Positions 1-7,910 of a stretch of DNA of 40,372 nt are shown here, in pieces. The DNA lies in assembly GCA_041752675.1 (NCBI GenBank), contig JBGSWB010000229.1:1-40372 (forward strand). Direction: 5' to 3'. Each line of letters starts with the position of its first letter. The stretch's first letter is position 1. The translations under genes and the position numbers were made by a program. The notes beneath the pieces are model-generated. The model made no database searches. It was not told the origin of the DNA and worked only from the letters and a program-made list of their open reading frames with translations. Origin of the DNA: Sideroxydans sp. (lineage in GTDB: Bacteria > Pseudomonadota > Gammaproteobacteria > Burkholderiales > Gallionellaceae).

Positions 1-205
<205 letters not shown>

Positions 206-238
206 TTAAATAAATTCGTCGCGAATTCTACTCTAGGC

Positions 239-271
239 AAAAACAAAACGGGCGGCATCAAGCCGCCCGTT
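239..271 (-). terminator. Intrinsic terminator downstream of the PCuAC genes
   Basis: Stem AACGGGCGGC (247-256) / GCCGCCCGTT (262-271) with a 5-nt loop; the A-rich run at 239-248 gives a U-tract on the - strand. Confidence 0.8.
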
Positions 272-292
272 CAGCATGAAGATGCATTTAGC

Positions 293-769
293 CTATCTAT
301 GGTCTTTCACGGTTGGGTCGTTGTAATGCTTATAGCTCAATTCCAGCGCTTTCACTTCAGCCTCAAGATCGACGGCCTGTCTCTTGCCACCCATCTCGAT
401 GACCAGACTGACTGGCACACGGTCACCGATATTCAGTCTCTGCTTCAAGCCGTTCAACACCAGATATATCCCGCGATTACCAAAGATGAGCGTGCTGTTA
501 GGCACCAGTTTCAGACTATCTACTATGGAGGTCTGCATCTTGCCGTGACGCTTCTCCACGTTCTGGATCTCACCCGATGTCGCGAGCGGACTGCTCACTG
601 ACAACAGGCGCGCAGGCTTGGTCACATAGAGGTTCATCTGCACAGTAACAGATTGCTGGCCGGGCACACTCTCGCGCATCCACACCTTATCCACCATCAC
701 GTCATTGGCGCCCGCCCATGCTTGAGTCACAAATACTAGCAACGCCACACTTAACAGTTTTCGCAACAT
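293..769 (-). CDS. PCu(A)C-family periplasmic copper chaperone paralog lacking the canonical Cu ligands
   Basis: Signal peptide and PCuAC-like pattern (VWMRES.PGQ...LLSVSSP...LNGLKQRL..GD.VP.SL). The H-x10-M-x21/22-HxM positions read Q, T and Y-L-V. Confidence 0.75.
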   Translation of the reverse strand: MLRKLLSVALLVFVTQAWAGANDVMVDKVWMRESVPGQQSVTVQMNLYVTKPARLLSVSSPLATSGEIQNVEKRHGKMQTSIVDSLKLVPNSTLIFGNRGIYLVLNGLKQRLNIGDRVPVSLVIEMGGKRQAVDLEAEVKALELSYKHYNDPTVKDHR

Positions 770-788
770 GACGAACCTCCCTTACGGA

Positions 789-1253
789 TCAATGATGATG
801 CATATGTTCCTGATGCGCCGCTTGCGCCATCGGCATGACCTTAGCACTCAACTGCACCTTGGTGTCTTTGCCGTCGGAAGCGCGCACGATCATCTCGCAA
901 TGGGTCTTCTTACCCGCTTCGAGTGGCTGCTTCAAGCCGATCAACATCAAGTGATAGCCTGCTGCACCCAAGTCCACCGCCTTGCCCGCAGGCAGATCGA
1001 TAGCCTCCACTTGGCGCATCTTCATCAAATCACCTTCCATCACCATGCTGTGCAATTCAGACGTGGTCGCATCCTTACAAGCGACACTTACCAATTTGGC
1101 AGCCTTCTTACTAGTGATGACAGCTTGCACCATCGCACTGTCTTGACCAGGCGCAGTGGCGCGCGACCAAGCGTCTTTCACTTTCACATCACTCGCATAG
1201 GCAGATGTCATCGTAGTCATCGCCAACAAACTCGTCATCAGAATTTTTTTCAT
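789..1253 (-). CDS. PCu(A)C copper chaperone with His-rich C-terminal tail
   Basis: Signal peptide, AWSRAT.PGQ, ELHSMVMEGDLMKM...GYHLMLIGLK Cu(I) motif, and tail AHQEHMHHH. Confidence 0.92.
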   Translation of the reverse strand: MKKILMTSLLAMTTMTSAYASDVKVKDAWSRATAPGQDSAMVQAVITSKKAAKLVSVACKDATTSELHSMVMEGDLMKMRQVEAIDLPAGKAVDLGAAGYHLMLIGLKQPLEAGKKTHCEMIVRASDGKDTKVQLSAKVMPMAQAAHQEHMHHH

Positions 1254-1264
1254 TGCTTTCTCCT

Positions 1265-1300
1265 AAATTAAAACGCGCCACACCTTACGATGTGGCGCGT
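1265..1300 (-). terminator. Hairpin plus U-rich tract between the TonB receptor and PCuAC (terminator/attenuator candidate)
   Basis: Perfect 10-bp stem ACGCGCCACA (1273-1282) / TGTGGCGCGT (1291-1300). On the - strand it is followed by a T-rich run and then the AGGAG RBS of PCuAC. Confidence 0.55.
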
Positions 1301-1352
1301 CATTCTAGCCCGAATCAGGCACTCAAAAACGCTGTTCAACTTACCAACACGA

Positions 1353-3587
1353 TCAGAACTTATAGTTCAATCCTGTGTAGAACGAACGCCCCATACCTGG
1401 CACAGCCGTTCCCCACTGCGGATAGTTCGGCAAGACAGGATTGGTCATGGTCGTACCTTGTCCGGTGTATGCACCACCGGTAGGCAGGTAGTAGAACTTA
1501 TCCAACAGATTCTCTACGCCGAAATTGACGCTCACTTGCTTCCATGCATAACTACCACGTAGATTGACCAAGCCATATCCAGGGGTCTTGATCTCATTGC
1601 GGGTAGCAGAGACCGTAGTCTTAGCCTGCACCAACACCAACTCAGCACTATTGTTCCAGCCGCCCATATTCTGGTTCAACGCTAGCTTGCTGTTGAGCGG
1701 CATGATGTTGTACAGCCCATCCCCGGTGGTCTCATTCTTGCCGTTGGTGTAATTGAGCAGACCAGTCGCCTCCCACTCACCCCAACTGCTTTCTCCCAGC
1801 GCCATGTGGCCGGAAAGGTCGAAGCCATAAAGGCGTGCCGATTGATTGACATATTTCAGCACGTTGAACTTGTTCGCTAATGTGGTCACTTGCCTAGCAT
1901 CTATATAATCGGTGACCTTGGTGTAGTAAGGCGTCACCTTGACGCCCCAGCTACTGTCCGCATCATGCCAATCGAAGGTGGCAGAAAGTGTGTTGGCTTG
2001 TTCTGGCTTTAGATTGACATCGCCCACATAGCCGTTGCCATCACCGACGAAGTTATTCATCAATGCAGCCATCTGCCAGGTGGACCATGTGTAGCGCTCG
2101 TACATATTAGGTGAACGTACCTTGTGTGCCGCCCCGAATTCGATATCGTATTGTGCATTGGCGGTATAGCGTGCCAGTGCTGTCATATCCCAGTTGTTGT
2201 CGGTCTTCTTGCGGTCGATTGCATTGAAGGCATTGGCTTCAGTCCCTTGATTGCCCATACCAGCAGGGTTGTAACCCACTACATCGCCTGCATCCATCTT
2301 CACCTGCTCGACTCGAGCGCCCAACAGCGTCATCCATTGCTCATCTTTACGTGCTTCCCATTCGCCGAACAATGCGGTGCGATCTCGCTGTCCGTCTTTG
2401 ATGTTCCAGAATGTGCCCGGATACATGTTTGCTCCAGACGGCGGCCACCAATCATTCAGGCGATATTGCTGAATTTCACCTCCCACTCGCAACAAATCTT
2501 GTTCGGTGAGCTCGATGTCCGCCTTGATGCTCGCTCCTGTCGTCTTACCCTCGGTGTACATCGGCATACCAGCGGCGCAGGTGCCGCTAATTGGGCTACA
2601 TGGAGCACCATCTGTGGGGCCGCTGGCGGAAGCTGTACCGTACCAAAAACGCTTATCCGCGCCAAAATCCATGAAGTGATCCACCTTCTCGTTGTAGGCA
2701 CGCGCCTCCAACGAACCCCAATCAAGTTGGCCGAGGTAGCGCAAGTTCACACTCTTCTGCTGATTGTCGAGCATGTCCATACGTTGGTTCGGGTAAAGCT
2801 GGTAGGGCATATCTTGCAAACCGAGTTTGGCTTCGAATAGATGCCCTTCATTCTTGAACGCCATTTCGATCGTGTGATTGCGAGTTTGATACGCGGTGGA
2901 ACCGACCTCATCGCGCGGGAGAGTATGTCCAACACGCCCAGTGAAATCATAGCTCTTAAAATTGCCACCAGCAGTGTAGTTGTCCGCTTTAGCCGTCGCA
3001 CCGCTGTAGCTGATGTTCAGCGTCTCAGTGGCAAGCGTGGTAGCGACATTCCCACCAACCGCCTGGTTGTTACTGCGGTAGAAAGCCCCCACTTCACCTT
3101 TGACGAGTACTCCTTGTCCTGGTGCGGCAAATTCTGAAGAGCGCGTCTCAGCAACGATAGCCCCACCGATGCTGTCGCCGCCCACACTCACAGGTGTCAC
3201 ACCCGCATAAACCTTTATGGACTCCACATTGCTGGGATCCACATAGGAAAGGGGTGGATTCATATGGTTGGGGCAAGACGAGATCAAGTCCATGCCATCC
3301 AACTTGGTGCGGATACGATCATCTGCCAGGCCGTGGATCGAAGGCAGGCTAGACACTCCACCTGCACCATTCAAACTCACACCCGGCTGACCATCCAGCA
3401 GGGTAGCACTATCACTGCTGCTAGCGCGCTTGGTAGAAATGGTCTGTTCACTGACTGGCGTGTTCGCTGGCAAAGGCGCCGTGGTCTTACCTGTCACCAC
3501 CACCTCGCTCATCGTCGCATTGTCAGCAGCGTATGTTGAGCTACTCATCGCCAGTAGCACGGCGGCTACAATCATCTTTTGTTGCAT
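1353..3587 (-). CDS. TonB-dependent outer membrane receptor, OprC-like copper receptor
   Basis: Start reassigned to MQQKMIVAAVLL (signal peptide, ATG 3587). Has a TonB box (EVVVTG), plug motif SSCPNHMNPP (CxxxM), DHFM (HxM), C-terminal aromatic YKF, and sits next to PCuAC genes. Confidence 0.88.
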   Translation of the reverse strand: MQQKMIVAAVLLAMSSSTYAADNATMSEVVVTGKTTAPLPANTPVSEQTISTKRASSSDSATLLDGQPGVSLNGAGGVSSLPSIHGLADDRIRTKLDGMDLISSCPNHMNPPLSYVDPSNVESIKVYAGVTPVSVGGDSIGGAIVAETRSSEFAAPGQGVLVKGEVGAFYRSNNQAVGGNVATTLATETLNISYSGATAKADNYTAGGNFKSYDFTGRVGHTLPRDEVGSTAYQTRNHTIEMAFKNEGHLFEAKLGLQDMPYQLYPNQRMDMLDNQQKSVNLRYLGQLDWGSLEARAYNEKVDHFMDFGADKRFWYGTASASGPTDGAPCSPISGTCAAGMPMYTEGKTTGASIKADIELTEQDLLRVGGEIQQYRLNDWWPPSGANMYPGTFWNIKDGQRDRTALFGEWEARKDEQWMTLLGARVEQVKMDAGDVVGYNPAGMGNQGTEANAFNAIDRKKTDNNWDMTALARYTANAQYDIEFGAAHKVRSPNMYERYTWSTWQMAALMNNFVGDGNGYVGDVNLKPEQANTLSATFDWHDADSSWGVKVTPYYTKVTDYIDARQVTTLANKFNVLKYVNQSARLYGFDLSGHMALGESSWGEWEATGLLNYTNGKNETTGDGLYNIMPLNSKLALNQNMGGWNNSAELVLVQAKTTVSATRNEIKTPGYGLVNLRGSYAWKQVSVNFGVENLLDKFYYLPTGGAYTGQGTTMTNPVLPNYPQWGTAVPGMGRSFYTGLNYKF

Positions 3588-3644
3588 GCTTTCTCTTCTG
3601 TAAAAAATCTGCGCGCATTCTATGGATTTTTTTCGCGGCAACTA

Positions 3645-3661
3645 TGCGGCATTTTGTCGCA
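3645..3661. promoter_or_regulatory. RegA/RegR/PrrA binding box
   Basis: TGCGGCATTTTGTCGCA matches the RegR box GCGGC-N5-GTCGC exactly. It lies in the 111-bp gap between the divergent receptor and regB starts; an extra GCGGCA half-site is at 3635-3640. Confidence 0.8.
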
Positions 3662-3698
3662 CCCCAATAACGGCGGGCTTCCAGTAAAATCCCTCGCC

Positions 3699-5123
3699 AT
3701 GAACTCCTCACTGCTTTCAACTCAAACTGGTCACTCACATCTGCGCCGCTTGTTCATGCTGCGCAATTGGGCCATCCTGGCGCAGTTCGCGACCTTGATC
3801 TTGGTTCATCGCTTCCTGAGTGCGGATTTCGCGTGGACGCCGATGATCGGCACGGTGGTGTTCTTGGTGCTGGTCAACTTGCTCACGTGGTGGCGTCTGT
3901 CACTCGACTATCCGGTCGGCAACCTGGACTTGTTCTTGCAGTTATGTCTAGATGTGAATGCGCTGACGGTGCTGTTGTACTTCGGCGGCGGCTCGACCAA
4001 TCCCTTCGTCTCGCTCTATCTGTTGCCATTGGTGCTGGCTGCGGCCACCCTGCCGCGCCGCTACACATGGGGCATGGCCGCATTGACCGTCGCGTGCTAC
4101 AGTTTGTTGATGGTGTGGTATGTGCCACTTCCGACTGGTGATGCCCACGCTCAACATACTGCCGCTGCAACGACAACGGCTGCCGCCCCTGCGCACGACC
4201 ATGCCGCGATGACGATGGACCACAGCCAGCATCAGATGCATCAGCCAGAAACCACGCCTCCGGACTACTGTCGCACCGAGCCGGAATCAACTCCCGCCGA
4301 CTCAACTGTCGACACCTCTCCCCTAAGTGATGCGTTCAACGCTCACATACTCGGCATGTGGCTAGGCTTCGTCATCAGCGCGACGGTGATCGCCTATTTC
4401 GCGGTAGAGATGGCGGCGGCGGTTCGTTTGCGCGAGGCGCAACTCACCCAAGTGCGCGAAGAGACTTTGCGCAACGAACGTATCGTGTCTTTGGGTACAC
4501 TGGCCGCCAGTGCGGCACATGAATTAGGCACGCCGCTATCCACCCTATCCGTGGTGATCGGTGAGATGCGGAACGACTGCGAATCGCCTGAGCAGAAAGA
4601 AAACCTCACCCTGCTCGACGACCAAGTGCGCAACTGCAAACGCATCCTCAACACCTTGGTGAACCATGCACAAGCTACACCGGAAGTGATGAGCATCGAA
4701 GGATTCTTGCTAGCGGTATTGGACGAATGGCAGTTGTTGCGACCCACCGTGCATTACAACTACCAAGTCGGAGGCGCTCAACCCGCGCCACGCCTACGCC
4801 CCGATCCCGCCTTGCGGGCAGCCCTGCTCAATCTATTGAACAACGCGGCAGATGCCTCCTCGGAAGGGATGGAGATCCTGTTGCATTGGAACGAAAAGCA
4901 CATCGTGCTGGAGATACAAGACCAAGGGCCGGGACTCACCGCCGAGGCGGCTTCACGTGCTGGTTCGGCTTTCTTCACCACCAATGAGGAAGGGCGCGGA
5001 TTGGGCTTGTTCCTCGCCCATGCCACGTTGGAAAGACTGGGCGGTAGTGTGCGTCTATTCAACCGCGACGGCGGCGGTGCCACCACCGAAGTGACGCTTC
5101 CCCTGCAAGGACTTGCCGCATGA
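3699..5123 (+). CDS. regB: RegB/PrrB/RoxS-family redox sensor histidine kinase with His/Met-rich loop insertion
   Basis: Start reassigned to ATG 3699. Six hydrophobic segments, quinone motif GGSTNPF, H-box AAHELGTPLST, redox Cys (QVRNCKRIL), N box LLNNAADA, G boxes DQGPG and GRGLGL. Confidence 0.9.
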   Translation: MNSSLLSTQTGHSHLRRLFMLRNWAILAQFATLILVHRFLSADFAWTPMIGTVVFLVLVNLLTWWRLSLDYPVGNLDLFLQLCLDVNALTVLLYFGGGSTNPFVSLYLLPLVLAAATLPRRYTWGMAALTVACYSLLMVWYVPLPTGDAHAQHTAAATTTAAAPAHDHAAMTMDHSQHQMHQPETTPPDYCRTEPESTPADSTVDTSPLSDAFNAHILGMWLGFVISATVIAYFAVEMAAAVRLREAQLTQVREETLRNERIVSLGTLAASAAHELGTPLSTLSVVIGEMRNDCESPEQKENLTLLDDQVRNCKRILNTLVNHAQATPEVMSIEGFLLAVLDEWQLLRPTVHYNYQVGGAQPAPRLRPDPALRAALLNLLNNAADASSEGMEILLHWNEKHIVLEIQDQGPGLTAEAASRAGSAFFTTNEEGRGLGLFLAHATLERLGGSVRLFNRDGGGATTEVTLPLQGLAA

Positions 5124-5659
5124 ATCAGAACAGCAACGACACGCCGACCTTATTGTTAGTGGATGACGATGACACCTTTCGCAGCGTACTTGGACGAGCC
5201 TTGGAGAAACGCGGCTTCAGCGTGACCACGGCCAACAGCGTCGAGAGCGCCTTACCACTGGCCCAAGCCAATCCACCCGAGTTCGCCGTCATCGACCTCA
5301 AGATGCACGGCGCTTCCGGGCTGGTGCTGGTGCAGACCTTGCACGAACTCGACGCCGCCACCCGTATCGTCATGCTCACGGGTTACGCCAGCATCGCCAC
5401 GGCGGTGGAAGCCATCAAATTGGGCGCGACACAATATCTGTCCAAACCCGCCAATGCAGACGAGATCGTGTCCGCCTTCGGCCACCATGCCAGCGCCGAC
5501 ATCCCACTCGACGCGCAACCCGTCAGCGTAGATAGATTGGAATGGGAACACATCAATCGGGTTCTGCACGAACAGCAAGGCAACATCTCCTCCACCGCGC
5601 GCGCCCTCAACATGCACCGCCGCACCTTGCAGCGAAAACTAGCCAAACGTTCAACTTGA
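5120..5659 (+). CDS. regA: RegA/PrrA-family response regulator
   Basis: Receiver domain (LLVDDD, IDLKM, LTGYASIATAVEAIKLGA) plus RLEWEHINRVL...NISSTARALNMHRRTLQRKLAK HTH. ATGA overlap with regB. Confidence 0.95.
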   Translation: MNQNSNDTPTLLLVDDDDTFRSVLGRALEKRGFSVTTANSVESALPLAQANPPEFAVIDLKMHGASGLVLVQTLHELDAATRIVMLTGYASIATAVEAIKLGATQYLSKPANADEIVSAFGHHASADIPLDAQPVSVDRLEWEHINRVLHEQQGNISSTARALNMHRRTLQRKLAKRST

Positions 5660-5665
5660 AATAAT

Positions 5666-5692
5666 TAAAGATTCTGGCTTTTATGCCGAAAA
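5666..5692 (+). promoter_or_regulatory. Sigma-28 (FliA)-type promoter upstream of the HDOD gene
   Basis: TAAAGATT-N11-GCCGAAAA versus the consensus TAAAGTTT-N11-GCCGATAA: one mismatch per box, exact spacing. Confidence 0.7.
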
Positions 5693-5820
5693 GCCCCTCG
5701 TAACAGCCCGAGTGGAAATGCCGTGATTCATCTCCATTTGGACAAAAGATTGACCGTAGCCGTACATGAACAGGCCGAACACACCAAACAACTCTCTAAT
5801 AATTTCTGAACCTGACTACC

Positions 5821-6681
5821 ATGACGATCGCAGATGAACTGAGACAAGCCGCACGCGAACTGAACAACCTGCCCGCGATGCCTGTCATCGCACATAAGTT
5901 GCTCGCCCTAAAACTAGACACCGACGAAGGTGAGCGGCAGATGATGCTACTCATCGAGCAGGATCCACTCATCTCCGCACGCATCATCGGACTGGGGAAT
6001 TCCCCCCTACTGGGCGCATCACGCAAGGTCGCCACGGTCAAAGAAGCTGCGATGTTGCTCGGGCTGACCAAAGTGAAATCCATCGCCACTGGTATTGCGA
6101 TGATGTCGTTGACGAGCAAGCCCATCGGTCGCTTCGATCCACAAGAGTTCTGGCTACACAACATGGCCGTGGCCTTTGCCATGCTACCCGTGGTGCGCGC
6201 CATGCCCTCCAAACTGCGCCCCGCCGACGACCTGATCTTCCTCACAGGCATGTTGCACGACATCGGTTTCCTTGCCTTGGCGCATTTGAACAGCCAACTC
6301 AGCGACGATCTGCTCACCCGTATGCTCATCGAACCTGAGCGTCCCGTGACTTCAATTGAAGATGAATTGATGGGTATATCGCATGCTGAACTAGGTGCCG
6401 AGTTCGCACAACATTGGGGACTGCCCAGCGAGATTGTTGCCGTATTGCGCTACCACCACACGCCTGATGTTGAAGGTGCTGAAGAAGGGCTGCCACTGGC
6501 GCGCATCATCAACGTCACCGAGAAGTTACTCAGCGCCACCGACCTGCACGAATTCGTCGGTCACCAAGTGAGCGATGCGGAATGGGAAGCGCTCGGCATC
6601 GATCCCGACCAAGCGAATGAGATCGCCATGCAGGCTGCGGAACAAGCAGACCAAGCGATGCAATTTGGCTCCAGCTTCTAA
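5821..6681 (+). CDS. Stand-alone HDOD domain signalling protein
   Basis: LPAMP, DPLISARII..NS, AAMLLG, FWLHN.AVA, GMLHDIG, SHAELGAEFAQHWGLP, YHH. Confidence 0.9.
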   Translation: MTIADELRQAARELNNLPAMPVIAHKLLALKLDTDEGERQMMLLIEQDPLISARIIGLGNSPLLGASRKVATVKEAAMLLGLTKVKSIATGIAMMSLTSKPIGRFDPQEFWLHNMAVAFAMLPVVRAMPSKLRPADDLIFLTGMLHDIGFLALAHLNSQLSDDLLTRMLIEPERPVTSIEDELMGISHAELGAEFAQHWGLPSEIVAVLRYHHTPDVEGAEEGLPLARIINVTEKLLSATDLHEFVGHQVSDAEWEALGIDPDQANEIAMQAAEQADQAMQFGSSF

Positions 6682-6769
6682 CGCTCTCATCAGCATGCTT
6701 TAAGGCATTTGTGTCGCCGACACTGAGGGCAACTGTATAATCACGGCAGTTGAAACTCTACTCGCCATC

Positions 6770-7900
6770 ATGAAACTCGCCCTGCGTCTGCTACTCGTTC
6801 TATCCTGCTTTCTCACCGTCGCACACGCCTACCCAGCCGATCCCTTACTCGCTGCCAAGCATTACGCACTCTACGATGCCAGCAGCCAGCAAATGTTGAT
6901 CGAGCACGATGCGAACACGCGCATCGCCCCCGGCTCACTCACCAAGCTGATGACCGCTTATGTCGTGTTCGACGCGCTGAAACAGAACAAGATATCGCTA
7001 CGCCAATCTCTAGCTCCGACCGCCTACGCCTTGCGCCTGCAAAGCGAAGAACCGCGCATGTTCTTGGAAGTGGGCAAAGAAGTGAAAGTGGAAGAATTGT
7101 TACGCGGACTCATCGTGCAATCATCCAACGACGCAGCCCGCGTCCTCACTGAAGCCGTCGCCAACCATGAGGTCGCCTTCGCCGATTTGATGAACAAACA
7201 AGCGCAACGCCTCGGTATGCGCGACACCCACTTCGTCAACGCCACGGGCGTGCCAGAACAACTGCACTACAGCAGCGCACACGATATCGCCCTACTCGCC
7301 GCCGCTTTGTTACGCGACTTCCCAGATTTCTATGCGTTGTATGCCCTGCGCGAATACAAATACAACAACATCAACCAGTTCAACCGCAACCGTTTGTTGT
7401 GGCTAGACCCCTACGTGGATGGCATGCAGACCGCGCATGACGAAGAGGTCGGCTTCTCATTGGTCGCCTCGTCCAAGCGCGATGACCGCCGCCTCATCTC
7501 AGTCCTGCTGGGTACGGACAAAGAGAACCTGCGCAGTTCAGAGAGCCAGCGTCTGCTGAACCTTGGCTTCAAAGAGTTCGAATCGGTGATCCTGTATCGC
7601 AAGAGTCAACCTGTCAGCACATTACGCTTGTGGAAAGGCACCGAACATCACGTCGAGGTAGGCTTCCGTGAAGATCGCTACATCACTGTACCCATTGGCG
7701 AGCGCGACCTATTGCGCGCAAAGCTGGAGACCAAGCAACCGCTCATCGCCCCTGTGAACCAAGGTCAGAGCATCGGCACGCTGCATCTGTCCTTGAACGG
7801 CGAACCCTATCTAGACCTACCCGTTGTCGTACTGGAAAGCGTACCCTTAGCGAACGTGTTCTCGCGCGGCGTGGATGCGATACGTTTGTTCTTCGAATAA
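6770..7900 (+). CDS. D-alanyl-D-alanine carboxypeptidase (PBP5/6, DacA/DacC family), KTG motif degenerate
   Basis: Signal peptide, SLTK (SxxK), SSN (SxN), HFVNATG and PBP5 C-terminal domain. The third motif reads QTA instead of KTG. TATAAT at 6736-6741. Confidence 0.88.
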   Translation: MKLALRLLLVLSCFLTVAHAYPADPLLAAKHYALYDASSQQMLIEHDANTRIAPGSLTKLMTAYVVFDALKQNKISLRQSLAPTAYALRLQSEEPRMFLEVGKEVKVEELLRGLIVQSSNDAARVLTEAVANHEVAFADLMNKQAQRLGMRDTHFVNATGVPEQLHYSSAHDIALLAAALLRDFPDFYALYALREYKYNNINQFNRNRLLWLDPYVDGMQTAHDEEVGFSLVASSKRDDRRLISVLLGTDKENLRSSESQRLLNLGFKEFESVILYRKSQPVSTLRLWKGTEHHVEVGFREDRYITVPIGERDLLRAKLETKQPLIAPVNQGQSIGTLHLSLNGEPYLDLPVVVLESVPLANVFSRGVDAIRLFFE

Positions 7901-7910
7901 GGAGTCTGCG

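Noticed and set aside
3579-3698. Apparent overlap of the receptor (to 3641) and regB (from 3579) ORFs
   Set aside because: Caused by longest-ORF calling. The signal-peptide start (3587) and the RegB start (3699) leave a normal divergent promoter.
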